In this document: positions 31,546-40,803 of the stretch, in pieces
Layout of the letters: every line of letters begins with the position of its first letter
How positions within the stretch are numbered: position 1 is the first letter of the stretch
NCBI GenBank assembly: GCA_965227515.1
Contig: CBDDFZ010000001.1
Coordinates: 32,001 to 96,000 of the forward strand
Direction: 5' to 3'
Length of the DNA stretch: 64,000 bases
Source of the DNA: Alphaproteobacteria bacterium
GTDB taxonomy: Bacteria; Pseudomonadota; Alphaproteobacteria; CALKHQ01
Program-made: the position numbers and the translations under genes
Notes under the pieces: model-generated
Seen by the model: only the letters and a program-made list of their open reading frames with translations
What the model was told of the DNA's origin: nothing
Database searches by the model: none

Positions 31546-32562
31546 TCAGCCATAGGCCTTGTCGGTGAAGGCGTTGTAGCGCGCGTCGGCGGTCGCGGCA
31601 TGGCTGCGATACCAGGCCAGCGTCTCGGCGATGCCGTCCTTCAACGCAACCTGCGGCTCGATGCCGATGGAGCGCGCGCGTGATGTGTCCATCAGGCGCT
31701 TCGCATCGCCGGCGGGCTTGGTGGTGTCCCACACGATCTCGCAACCATCGTCCATCAGCCCGGCGACCGTCTCCGCGACCTCGCGGATCGACACGCCGGT
31801 GCCGCTGCCCAGATTGACCGGCCTGTTCTCGCCCAGCGCCACCACGCGGGCCATGCCGCGCGCCACGTCGCGGGCGTGGATGAAGTCGCGCACCGGGCTG
31901 CCGTCGCCCCACACCGTCAGCGGGCGCTCGCCGTCGACCGCGCGGCGGATCAGGCTCGGGATCACCATCGCGTTCTCGGGGTCGAAGTTGTCGTAAGACC
32001 CGTAGACGTTGGCCGGGCGGACGATGGAGATCTTGTCCCAGCCGTACTGGATCTCATAGGCCTGGGCCTGCAGCTCGCCCATCCGCTTGGCCCAGCCGGC
32101 GAAGCGGTCGTTCGGCGACGGGAAGGTCTGCCAGACCGCGTCCTCGTGGAACACTTCGGCCGGCTCGTAGACGCCGATGGAACTGGTGAACAGATAGCGC
32201 TCCACGCCCGCGCGGCGCGCCGCCTCCATCATGTTCACCGAGAAGGTGATGGTGGGCACGAAGAAGCTGGCCGGCTTGGTGGCGCACATTTTCGGCGAGC
32301 CCTTCACGCCGACCAGGTTGAACACGATCTCCTGGCCCCGGCAGGCAGCCTCGCAGGCGGCGGGGTCGCGCAGGTCGGCGCGCACGAAGGCGACACCGGC
32401 GGGTGCGGTCGCCGGGTCGTCCAGCGAGACCACGGTGACCAGCGCGCCGGAGGCGACCAGCAGGTCGACCAGCGGGCGGCCGATCAGCCCGGTGCCGCCG
32501 GTGACCAGCACCTTGCGGCGGTTGAAGAAGGGTTCGATGGCGATGTTGTCGGACGCGGTCAT
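31546..32562 (-). CDS. NAD-dependent epimerase/reductase (GDP-fucose synthase-like)
   Basis: VTGGTGLIG, RPANVYG.YDNF, VWGDG.P.RDFIH, NLGSG. Confidence 0.88.
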   Translation of the reverse strand: MTASDNIAIEPFFNRRKVLVTGGTGLIGRPLVDLLVASGALVTVVSLDDPATAPAGVAFVRADLRDPAACEAACRGQEIVFNLVGVKGSPKMCATKPASFFVPTITFSVNMMEAARRAGVERYLFTSSIGVYEPAEVFHEDAVWQTFPSPNDRFAGWAKRMGELQAQAYEIQYGWDKISIVRPANVYGSYDNFDPENAMVIPSLIRRAVDGERPLTVWGDGSPVRDFIHARDVARGMARVVALGENRPVNLGSGTGVSIREVAETVAGLMDDGCEIVWDTTKPAGDAKRLMDTSRARSIGIEPQVALKDGIAETLAWYRSHAATADARYNAFTDKAYG

Positions 32563-32590
32563 GTTATCTCTCTGGGCTCATCTTTTGCTT

Positions 32591-32680
32591 CGTCATGGTC
32601 GGGCTTGTCCCGACTATCCACGTCTTGTTGGCTGCTCCGCAGCCATCTCGTGGATGCCCGCAACAAGTGCGGGCATGACG
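32591..32680. repeat. Family C REP doublet (CGTCATG...ATCCACG / CGTGGAT...CATGACG)
   Basis: Two inverted hairpin units around a central hairpin; related copies at 47656 and 50623. Confidence 0.85.
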
Positions 32681-32700
32681 CGATTCGTAAGGTTGGGCCG

Positions 32701-33999
32701 TCACGCAGCCTTGCGTTGGGTCGCGGCGAAGGCGTGCATGGTGTCGGCGACGTGGTTCAGCGCCGCTTCGCTCAGCCCCTGGTGGACGCCGATGGAAAAG
32801 CCCCGGTCCATGACATGGCTGGCGGTGTCGAGCGGCCCGCTGATGCGGTGCGGCACCAGGTTCATCGCCGGCTGCTTGGCCAGGTTGCCGGCGATGATCG
32901 GCCGGGTCTCGATGCCATGGCGGTTCAGATACGACGTGATCTCGGCGCGGTCGAACGGTGCCGCCGGGTCGATCACCAGGGTGAAGCCGAACCAGGAATG
33001 GGTGCCCCCCTCCGGCGTGGTCTGCGGCGTGAACCAGTCGGCGTAACCGGCGAACAGCTTGCGGTAGAAGGCGGCGTTCTCGCGGCGGTTGGCGACGAAG
33101 CCGTCCAGCTTCGGCACCTGCACCAGGCCGATGGCCGCCTGCGGCTCGGTCAGGCGCAGATTGTAGCCTTCGTTGACGAACAGGAACTTGGGGTCGATCT
33201 CCGGGTGCGCGCTTGTCCAGCGCTCCGGGTTCTCCACCTGCCGCACCCAGCCATGCGCGCGCAGGATGCGCATCAGCTCCGCCAGCTCATGGTCGCCGGT
33301 GACGCAGATGCCGCCTTCCAGCGTCGTCATGTGATGCGAGTAGTAGAAGCTGAAGCTCGCCACCCGGCCGAAGCTGCCGACCGGCCGCCCCAGGTAGCTC
33401 GCGCCCATGGACTCGCACCCGTCCTCGATCAGGATCAGGCCGTGGCGGTCGCAGATATCCTGCAGTGCTGCGTAGTCGCACGGGTTGCCATAGACCGGCA
33501 CCGCCATGATGGCGCGGGTGCGCGGCCCGATGGCGCGCTCCACCGCCTCCGGGTCCAGGTTCAGTGTGTCGAGGCCGCTGTCGACCAGCACCGGGGTCAG
33601 GCCGCACTGGGTGATCGGCCACAACGAGGTCGACCACGTCAGCGCCGGCAGGATCACCTCGTCGCCGGGGCGCAGGCCGTCCGCGCACATCGGGTTGGCC
33701 AGCGCCGCCAACATCAGCAGGTTGGCTGACGAGCCGGAATTGTTGCTGACACCGTGGGCGTAGCCGAAATGGTCGCAATAGGCGCGCTCGAAGCGCAGCA
33801 CCTGGTCGCCCATGGTGACCCGCGTGGTCAGCATCTGGCGGGTGGCGGCCGCGATCTCCTCCGGGCCGAAGGTCGGCTCGTGCAGGCGCACCACCGGGTT
33901 GGCCGGGTCGAAGCCGGCATCGGCGTTGGCCGCCCACCAGTCGGCAATTGCGGCGTCGACGCCGGAGAATGAATCGGTCTGGTTCATCGAAGTGTCCAT
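32701..33999 (-). CDS. PLP-dependent DegT-family enzyme, ColD-like 4-keto-6-deoxyhexose 3-dehydratase
   Basis: NSGSSANL, EDGCES.GA, SFYYSHHMTTLEGG (His at the Schiff-base Lys position), LRAHGW.R, GYNLR, ETRPII.GN. Confidence 0.85.
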   Translation of the reverse strand: MDTSMNQTDSFSGVDAAIADWWAANADAGFDPANPVVRLHEPTFGPEEIAAATRQMLTTRVTMGDQVLRFERAYCDHFGYAHGVSNNSGSSANLLMLAALANPMCADGLRPGDEVILPALTWSTSLWPITQCGLTPVLVDSGLDTLNLDPEAVERAIGPRTRAIMAVPVYGNPCDYAALQDICDRHGLILIEDGCESMGASYLGRPVGSFGRVASFSFYYSHHMTTLEGGICVTGDHELAELMRILRAHGWVRQVENPERWTSAHPEIDPKFLFVNEGYNLRLTEPQAAIGLVQVPKLDGFVANRRENAAFYRKLFAGYADWFTPQTTPEGGTHSWFGFTLVIDPAAPFDRAEITSYLNRHGIETRPIIAGNLAKQPAMNLVPHRISGPLDTASHVMDRGFSIGVHQGLSEAALNHVADTMHAFAATQRKAA

Positions 34000-34019
34000 G
34001 GAATGCTCGGATGGATCGG

Positions 34020-34982
34020 TCAGGCGGCGGCGCGGCCGACATTGGCGCGCCACCAGTCGATGGTGCGGCCGATGCCCTCGTCGAGCGCGATCCTCGGCTG
34101 CCAGCCGAGTTCGTCGCGCGCGCGGGTGCAGTCCAGCACCAGGTTGAAGGGGATGGTCGGCCGGCTGAGATTGTGCTCCAGGCTGAGGTCGCGGCCCGAC
34201 GCGGCAACGATGCGCTCGGCCAGTTCGCGTACCGACACGGCCTCACCGGCACCGACGTTGAACAGGTCGAACGGTGCGGTCTGGCGTTCCAGCGCCGCCT
34301 CCACGCAGTCCATCAGGTCGTCGGCGTGCAACAGGTCGCGCTTTTCCTCGCCGGTGCCCCAGATTTCCAGCCGGTCGTCGGCCTGCATGGTCTTGGTGAC
34401 GGTGGCGCCGAACACGTGGCTGCGCTCCAGGTCGTACTTGTCGTACGGCCCGTAGATGTTGGAATGGCGCAGCACGGTGTGACGCGTACGGCCCAGGCCG
34501 GCGAAAAACCGGCAGATATTCTCGACGTACACCTTGGTCCAGCCGACGCCGTAGTACTTGTCGGTGATCTCGCCGCTGAAGTCGGCTTCGGTCTGCGGCC
34601 GGTCCGACGACGGGTACATGACGGTGCAGGAGAAGAACAGGAACTGGCCGACCCCGTGATCGTAGGCGGCGCGCAGCAGTACGGAGTTCATCACCGCGTT
34701 GTCGGTGACGTGCAGGTAGGGCCGGGTGGTGATGTCCTTGGCGCCGCTGGTTGTCGCGGCGGCCTGGATGATGACATCGGCGCCTGCCACGATGCGGTCG
34801 ACATCGGCGGCATTGCGCAGGTCGGCCTGCACCCAACTGACGCCCCCATTGACCCCGAGATGATCGTAGGGCGGGCGCTGGTGATGGACCGCCACCACCT
34901 CGCAATCGCCGCGCGCGGCAATGCGTTCGACAAGGTTGCGGCCGATGAAGCCGGTCGCACCGCAGATCAGGACTCGTTTCAC
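34020..34982 (-). CDS. NAD-dependent epimerase/reductase (GDP-fucose synthase-like)
   Basis: GATGFIG, FFSCTVMY, NIYGPYD, WGTGEE.RD. Confidence 0.88.
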   Translation of the reverse strand: MKRVLICGATGFIGRNLVERIAARGDCEVVAVHHQRPPYDHLGVNGGVSWVQADLRNAADVDRIVAGADVIIQAAATTSGAKDITTRPYLHVTDNAVMNSVLLRAAYDHGVGQFLFFSCTVMYPSSDRPQTEADFSGEITDKYYGVGWTKVYVENICRFFAGLGRTRHTVLRHSNIYGPYDKYDLERSHVFGATVTKTMQADDRLEIWGTGEEKRDLLHADDLMDCVEAALERQTAPFDLFNVGAGEAVSVRELAERIVAASGRDLSLEHNLSRPTIPFNLVLDCTRARDELGWQPRIALDEGIGRTIDWWRANVGRAAA

Positions 34983-34983
34983 T

Positions 34984-35976
34984 CTAACCTACCAGACGTT
35001 CTTCTGAGATGGCGTCGCGCATGTGGGTGAGCAGGCCGGCAAGCCCCCGGTCCAGCGAGACTTCGGGCCGGAAACCAAGCTCGGCCTCCGCCCATTCGGT
35101 CGCCAGCCGCGGCGGCGGCGTGTCGGGAAACAGGCGGGCGACGGTCGCGTTCACCGGCGGATCGACCCAATGGTCCAGCGCGGCGAGCCGGTTCAGCACC
35201 TCGCGCATCGTCACCGTGCGGCCACTGGCAATGTTGTAGGCGGCGAATCCGCGCCCACCGCGCGTCATCGCCAGGCAGGCGGCGCGCGCCACGTCGTCGG
35301 CGTGGATCAAGTCGCACGCCTGGCCGCCGTCACCGCGCAGGTCGACCGGTGCGATGCGATGCGCCACCTGGTGGGCCAGCGCGAACACGGTGTGGGCGCG
35401 GTCCGGGTTGGCCACCGTACGCGGTCCGTAGATCAGCGACGGGCGCAACGCCACGATATCCATCCGCGGCTCCACGTGCTCGGCATAGGCGCGGGCCTGC
35501 GCCTCCAGCGCGCGATGGGCCCAGCCGATCGCAAACCGGCGTGGGGGCGGGTCGCCCTCCAGGAACACGGCTTCGTCCAGCACCTCGCGGTCGCCGGGAT
35601 ACCCCGTCGTGCTGGAGAACCAGACCAACCGCTTCACCCTGGCGCGCCATGCCGCCTCCAGCACGTTGCCGGTGACATTCAGGTTGCGCCGCATCGGGGC
35701 GATGGGGTTCTCCGCCATGGCGGCGGCCGGCGCGACGACGCCGGCGGCATGCACGACGTAGTCGTGGCCGGACATGGCGGCGGCACACTGGTCGAGTGCA
35801 GCCAGATTTGCGTGCTGCCATTGCCAGCGCGGATCGCTGTCGTGGGGCGGGGTCAGGTGGAACAGCGCGGTGATCGGCCCGACGCCCGCTTCGGCAAGCC
35901 GGGCCAGCACGTGGCGGCCCACCAGCCCGGTCGCGCCGGTGACCAGATAGCGGCCCTTCGGCAGGTCAGGTTGCAT
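34984..35976 (-). CDS. NAD-dependent epimerase/dehydratase family protein
   Basis: VTGATGLVG, HAAG, FSST, RPSLIYGP; last 330 aa of the ORF call. Confidence 0.8.
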   Translation of the reverse strand: MQPDLPKGRYLVTGATGLVGRHVLARLAEAGVGPITALFHLTPPHDSDPRWQWQHANLAALDQCAAAMSGHDYVVHAAGVVAPAAAMAENPIAPMRRNLNVTGNVLEAAWRARVKRLVWFSSTTGYPGDREVLDEAVFLEGDPPPRRFAIGWAHRALEAQARAYAEHVEPRMDIVALRPSLIYGPRTVANPDRAHTVFALAHQVAHRIAPVDLRGDGGQACDLIHADDVARAACLAMTRGGRGFAAYNIASGRTVTMREVLNRLAALDHWVDPPVNATVARLFPDTPPPRLATEWAEAELGFRPEVSLDRGLAGLLTHMRDAISEERLVG

Positions 35977-37109
35977 CAGAACGGTCCCTTGAACGCGCGA
36001 TAGGCTTCGGTGCTGGATTGCGTGGAGGGCAATGGGATGCCGCGGCCCTGCGCGCCGACCAGATCGATGACCGCCGCGCACATATCCCTGAGATCGGGGT
36101 AGAAGGCGTCTTCCAGCGTCTTGGCGGTCGGGCACGGGCTGGGTGCCATGCCCATGCCGGCCACCGGCGCGCGCAGGGCCGCCGGATCGTTCTGGGCGAT
36201 CAGCCGGCAGATTTCGGCATTGACGCCATAGCCCTGCCAGCTGGTGTCGGCGACCAGCAGGCGGCCGGTCTTGCGCACGCTGGCCAGCACCGTGTCGGCA
36301 TCGATGTGGGAGACGCAGTTGAGGTCGATGACCTCGCAGTCGATGCCGTGGCCGGCCAGATGGGCGGCGGCGCGGCGCGCCTCCAGCACCATCAGCGAGG
36401 TGGCAACGATGGTGACGTCGCGGCCCGCGCGCTCGACATGGGCGCGCATCGGCAGGCGCGGGGTCTCGTCGGCGCCGTCCATCTCGAACGACAGGTCGTA
36501 GAGCAGCCGGTGCTCCAGCACCACCACCGGGCCACGGTTGTGCGCGATGGCGTGGGCGTAGTCGACGGCGATCGCCTGGGGGCTTGCCGGCATCAGGACC
36601 GTCAGGCCCGGAATGTGCGCGAACAGCGATTGCAGCGACTGGCTGTGCTGGGCGCCCTGCCCCCAACTGCGGCCGATGATCATCCTCACCATCATCGGCA
36701 CCTCGAACAGCCCACCGAACATGTAACGGTACTTGGCGGCGAGGTTGATGAGCTGGTTGGCGGCGAGCAGGCCGAAATCGGCCCGGATGTGGGTATTGAT
36801 CGGGTAGAGGCCGTTCAGCGCGGCCCCGATGCAGATGCCGGTGACCGCGTCCTCCGACAGCGGGGTCTCGATCACCCGATGGGCGCCATGGGCTTCCGCC
36901 AGCCCGGCCGTGGTGCCGAAGATGCCGTCGCTGACGCCCTGGCCCAGGATCAGCGTGTGATCATGGTCGGCCATCGCCGCGCGCATGGCATCGGCCAGTG
37001 CCTCGCGATAGGTGGCCTGCGGCGCCGGGATCGGAGCGGTAGCCGGCACCTCGAAATCGGCCTCAAGTCCCGGCTCAAGCCCGGGTTCAAGCAAAGCGGC
37101 GTTCGACAT
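35976..37109 (-). CDS. ThDP-dependent 2-oxoacid dehydrogenase E1 beta-like subunit
   Basis: ETPLSE, GAQHSQS, LEHR.LY, GRDVTIVA, EVIDL, SVRKTGRL. Confidence 0.88.
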   Translation of the reverse strand: MSNAALLEPGLEPGLEADFEVPATAPIPAPQATYREALADAMRAAMADHDHTLILGQGVSDGIFGTTAGLAEAHGAHRVIETPLSEDAVTGICIGAALNGLYPINTHIRADFGLLAANQLINLAAKYRYMFGGLFEVPMMVRMIIGRSWGQGAQHSQSLQSLFAHIPGLTVLMPASPQAIAVDYAHAIAHNRGPVVVLEHRLLYDLSFEMDGADETPRLPMRAHVERAGRDVTIVATSLMVLEARRAAAHLAGHGIDCEVIDLNCVSHIDADTVLASVRKTGRLLVADTSWQGYGVNAEICRLIAQNDPAALRAPVAGMGMAPSPCPTAKTLEDAFYPDLRDMCAAVIDLVGAQGRGIPLPSTQSSTEAYRAFKGPF

Positions 37110-38103
37110 CGCTCAGTACCTCTTCGGTCCCGGGGAACGCGCCTGTTTCGGCGAACGCCACCGCATCGTCGATCTCGCGGGCGATCTTGACGCGCGCGGC
37201 GTCGAGCCACGGCTCGTTGCAGGTGACCAGCGGATCGCGCGCCTGCCATTCGGCCAGTTCCCGCGCGTCGCGGTGGCCCCTGGCGAACTCATCGCCGGGG
37301 CCGACATGCTCGCGCACCCGCAGCATCGGGATCTCGACGAAACGCGGCAGCCGGTCGGCACGCATGGCGGCCACCACCGGCGCCAGCTCGGCATGAACCG
37401 CCGCCGGATCGTCGCCATTCGACAGCTTCAATGCCGGAATGCCGTAGACCGCGGCATGCGCCGTCGGCTCATAGGCCTGGCGGCCGGCGCGGCGGATGTT
37501 GATGGCAAGCTCGTTGTTCTCACAGACGAACAGCACCGGCAGCTTCTGGACGGCGGCGAAGTTCAGGCTCTCGTGATAGACGCCTTCCTCGGTCGCGCCG
37601 TCGCCGAACACGCAAACGGTGATAGCGTCACTGGCGCCGCCGGGCCAGGTGGCCCGCATCGCCGCACCCACCGCATGAGGGATGGTGCTGGCCACGATGG
37701 CCGACGAGCCCATCAGGCCGACATCGGGAGCGGCCAGGTGCATGGAGCCGGCCTTGCCCTTGGCAAAGCCGTTGGCGCGGCCGAACAGCTCGGCCATCAT
37801 GGCGCGCATGTCGCCGCCCTTGGCCAGATAGTGGGCGTGGCCGCGATAGGTGGAGAACAGCAGGTCGTCGGGCCGCAGGTGGGCGCACAGGCCCACAGCC
37901 GCCGCCTCCTGCCCGATCGACAGGTGCACCGGGCTCTGGATGCGGTCGCTGGGGTAGATCTCGGCGATCCGCTCCTCGACCATGCGGATGCGCAGCATGG
38001 ACGTCAGCAGCGCGCGCCGGTCGGGCGCGTCCGAAATCCGCTCGGGCTCGAGCTTGTTGTCTGGGGCGGCCAGATTGGCCAGGGCAGCCATTGCGGGCAC
38101 CAA
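37087..38103 (-). CDS. ThDP-dependent 2-oxoacid dehydrogenase E1 alpha-like subunit
   Basis: HLSIGQEA, YRGHAHYLAKG, GSMH, GDGA..EG..HESLN, CENN. Confidence 0.88.
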   Translation of the reverse strand: MVPAMAALANLAAPDNKLEPERISDAPDRRALLTSMLRIRMVEERIAEIYPSDRIQSPVHLSIGQEAAAVGLCAHLRPDDLLFSTYRGHAHYLAKGGDMRAMMAELFGRANGFAKGKAGSMHLAAPDVGLMGSSAIVASTIPHAVGAAMRATWPGGASDAITVCVFGDGATEEGVYHESLNFAAVQKLPVLFVCENNELAINIRRAGRQAYEPTAHAAVYGIPALKLSNGDDPAAVHAELAPVVAAMRADRLPRFVEIPMLRVREHVGPGDEFARGHRDARELAEWQARDPLVTCNEPWLDAARVKIAREIDDAVAFAETGAFPGTEEVLSDVERRFA

Positions 38104-38162
38104 TCCGCCCTCCTCCGCGTTTGCCGTATGGGTTACGGGCGCGGACTATGGAGCGGTTATGC

Positions 38163-38177
38163 TTAAGCGCGAGTTAA
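38163..38177. promoter_or_regulatory. CtrA-type box TTAA-N7-TTAA upstream of the sugar-biosynthesis operon
   Basis: TTAAGCGCGAGTTAA. Confidence 0.7.
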
Positions 38178-38245
38178 GCGCTAGCCGTTGAGCCCCGATC
38201 ATGAAATATGCTTGACGTACCGCGTACAGGCGACCACCTTCAGTC

Positions 38246-38530
38246 ATGATCCTGAGCTACCGAAGCAGGAAGACCGCCCGCTTTGCGAATGGGGAAAGGG
38301 TTCCGCAGTTCGAGCCCTTCCGGCGTCAGGCCGAAAAGCGTTTGCGCATACTGGATGCCGCAACCTCAATTCAGGATTTGATGCAATTGCGCGGCAACCG
38401 GCTGGAGAGATTGCGCGGCGACCGGGCGGGGCAATACTCGATCAGGATCAACGACCAGTGGCGCATTTGCTTTGAGTGGTCGGACGACTTGAGCGGCCCA
38501 CAGAATGTCGAGATCGTGGACTATCATTGA
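38246..38530 (+). CDS. higB: HigB-type (RelE/ParE superfamily) toxin
   Basis: GNRLERLRGDRAGQYSIRINDQWRICFEW...VEIVDYH. Confidence 0.92.
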   Translation: MILSYRSRKTARFANGERVPQFEPFRRQAEKRLRILDAATSIQDLMQLRGNRLERLRGDRAGQYSIRINDQWRICFEWSDDLSGPQNVEIVDYH

Positions 38531-38558
38531 AACGCAAGCATTGAGAGGCGAATCACCG

Positions 38559-38858
38559 ATGGCGCGCACACCGATACATCCCGGTGAAATACTGGGCGAC
38601 GAACTGGATGAGCTCGGCATGAGCGCGGCGGAGATGGCGCGCATGATCCAGGTGCCCGCCAATCGGATCAGCCAGATCATCTCAGGCAGGCGAAATATCT
38701 CCGCCGACACCGCGCTGCGGCTGGGGCGCTATTTCGGCATGTCGGCCGAGTTCTGGATGAACCTGCAGCAGGCATATGAGCTGGACCTCGCGCGCGCCAC
38801 ATTGGGTGCCGAATTGGACCGGCTGCCGCAGCGCGAACCCAGCACCGCCACGCTCTAG
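38559..38858 (+). CDS. higA: HigA antitoxin
   Basis: PIHPGEIL, RNISADTALRLGRYFG.SAEFWMNLQ. Confidence 0.92.
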   Translation: MARTPIHPGEILGDELDELGMSAAEMARMIQVPANRISQIISGRRNISADTALRLGRYFGMSAEFWMNLQQAYELDLARATLGAELDRLPQREPSTATL

Positions 38859-38876
38859 AAATAGGGTTCCAGGCCG

Positions 38877-39209
38877 CTACTCGAACATCGCCAGGTTCAG
38901 CGGCGGCATACCGCCCATCCAGATCGCATGATCGCGGTGGTCTTCCAGGTCGTGGCCGGTGTTGGGGTGGACGAACACGATCAGCCCGTCGCGGTTGATC
39001 GCCAGCCAAGAGATCACCGCCTCGAACTGGCCGGCCGGCACGGTGAGCTGGCAGCTCCACATCGGGTGCGGGCCGACCGGGCGCTCGTGCATATGGCCCA
39101 TCGGGATGCCGAAAGTGTCGCGCACGGCCTCGCACACCTTGCGGGCGCGGTCGTAGGTGCCGGCGTCGTAATAGACATGGGCGTGGTAGTCGGCGATGTG
39201 AGGCATCAT
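38877..39209 (-). CDS. DOPA 4,5-dioxygenase family protein
   Basis: YHAHVYY, PVGPHP, VHPNTG..DH...A.W.G. Confidence 0.9.
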   Translation of the reverse strand: MMPHIADYHAHVYYDAGTYDRARKVCEAVRDTFGIPMGHMHERPVGPHPMWSCQLTVPAGQFEAVISWLAINRDGLIVFVHPNTGHDLEDHRDHAIWMGGMPPLNLAMFE

Positions 39210-39226
39210 CTCGTTCCGTCCTGAAA

Positions 39227-40351
39227 TCAGCCCGTATTGAATTCAGCGGGCAGTGCGACCTCCAGCAACTCGAAGTCCCCGGAGGCATCGGTCAGGGCAT
39301 GGCCTTCGCCCGCCGGCACCATGAAGGCGTCCGCCTTGCCTAGCGCGTGGTCGCCGTGGCCGTCTGTGCGCAGCGTCACCGAACCGCCGAGCACGAAGCC
39401 GAACAGCGCCGTCGCATCGTGTTGGCGGAAGTCGTGCGCGCCCTCCGCTCCGTCGGGCCGCGCCACCCAGGCGCCGGCGACACCGCCGGTTGCCACCCCG
39501 ATGCCGGTGTCGCGCACCTCGTAGCCCGGCAATCGCCATGGCTGCCACGACGCCTCCGCCGCCACGTGCCGCACGAAGCGCTGACCGCCAAACACCCGGT
39601 CGGGTGACACGCGCTCGGTTGGAAGCTGCATCTCATGGTCGACCGAGGTCATGTGCGCCGCCGGACACCCCACCTCCACCACTTCCAGGCCGGGGCTCGC
39701 CTCCAGCACCCGGTGGCGGATTTGCGGCGGCTGCAGCACGCAGTCGCCGGCCTCGAGCACGAAGGGCGATCCCTGGTCCTGGTAGACCAGCCGCACCCAG
39801 CCGGCGACGCAGAAGATCATCTGGAAGCGGATGGTGTGGAAATGGACGTAGTCGGGCACCGGACCGCCATCGGGAATGCGGATGTGCGACGCAATCAGGT
39901 AGCCGCCCTGCCGGTCCGGCACCAGGTCGCGGTACTGCATGCCGGCGCGCCCGGTGCCCCATTTGCTGCCACCGTCGAAGCGGGTGACGACGAAGGACGG
40001 CACCGCCGGCGGCACCACCAGCGGCGGGGTCGCGGGCGCGAACTCGATGCGGGTGCCGTTGGGCGCGGTCAGCGCCTCGGCGGTATCGCCATCCTGGCGG
40101 GCCAGCCGCAGCACGCCGGGCGCGCCGGCGCCATTCCGGATGAGGCAGAGGCGGAGGCCGTGGCCGGAGACCGTGGCCTCGGCCGGGTGGTCGGCGGGGA
40201 TGATGGTGTCGACCCGGAAGCCCAGCCGGTCGGTGAAGAACGCCAGCGTCTCGTCGAACGGCTCCGCCGGCAGCACCATCGCCGCTGCTTGGACACCGGC
40301 GTGTTTGGTTGCACCCGTTTCAACGTCCGATGATTGATGAGGTTGCGCCAT
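39227..40351 (-). CDS. VOC/cupin domain protein
   Basis: GRAGMQYRDL, HFH..FQMI, GDCVLQPP.IRH. Confidence 0.75.
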   Translation of the reverse strand: MAQPHQSSDVETGATKHAGVQAAAMVLPAEPFDETLAFFTDRLGFRVDTIIPADHPAEATVSGHGLRLCLIRNGAGAPGVLRLARQDGDTAEALTAPNGTRIEFAPATPPLVVPPAVPSFVVTRFDGGSKWGTGRAGMQYRDLVPDRQGGYLIASHIRIPDGGPVPDYVHFHTIRFQMIFCVAGWVRLVYQDQGSPFVLEAGDCVLQPPQIRHRVLEASPGLEVVEVGCPAAHMTSVDHEMQLPTERVSPDRVFGGQRFVRHVAAEASWQPWRLPGYEVRDTGIGVATGGVAGAWVARPDGAEGAHDFRQHDATALFGFVLGGSVTLRTDGHGDHALGKADAFMVPAGEGHALTDASGDFELLEVALPAEFNTG

Positions 40352-40366
40352 TTCCTAACTTTGTTC

Positions 40367-40744
40367 TCGTCGCCCTCGCCCTTGTGGCGAGGGCCCATTT
40401 TGCCTACCGCGTGATGCTTGGCCAGAGATCTTCCCAGTGCGGATTCTCGCGTTCGATCAAGTTGATCTTCCAGTCTCGCCGATACTGTTTGAGTCGCTTC
40501 TCGCGCCGGATTGCGTCAATCGCGGTGGCATGAGCTTCAAAGTAGACCAACTCTTTGACGTCGTTTTGCTTGGTGAAGCCCGCGGCGACACCAGTTCGGT
40601 GCTCCCAGACGCGCCGGACGATATCGTTGGTGACGCCTATGTAGAGGGTGCCGTAGGGTCTACTCGCAAGAACATAAACATAATAGCTCATCGAGTGCAG
40701 TGTGGCCCCGAAATGGGCCCTCGCCACAAGGGCGAGGGCGACGA
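40367..40744. mobile_element. REP-flanked GIY-YIG cassette: perfect 34-bp inverted family B repeats around the nuclease gene
   Basis: 40367-40400 is the exact reverse complement of 40711-40744; each unit is itself a hairpin. Confidence 0.7.
40404..40691 (-). CDS. Stand-alone GIY-YIG nuclease (95 aa)
   Basis: YYVYVLAS...TLYIGVTND..RR..EH, FT, LVYFE, AI.REK.LK...R.WK..LIE..NP.W.DL. Confidence 0.92.
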   Translation of the reverse strand: MSYYVYVLASRPYGTLYIGVTNDIVRRVWEHRTGVAAGFTKQNDVKELVYFEAHATAIDAIRREKRLKQYRRDWKINLIERENPHWEDLWPSITR

Positions 40745-40803
40745 TGAGTTTGCGAGCCGGTCTGCAAGTATCAAACCATCGGGCAATAGGAACGTCAGGT
40801 GAC

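Noticed and set aside
37062-37092. 12-bp repeat encoding LEPG-LEPG-LEA at the E1 beta N-terminus
   Set aside because: Short, in-frame and in a likely disordered leader; no evidence of function.
35976-38103. Housekeeping pyruvate or acetoin dehydrogenase
   Set aside because: No E2/E3 genes are adjacent and the pair is translationally coupled to nucleotide-sugar enzymes.
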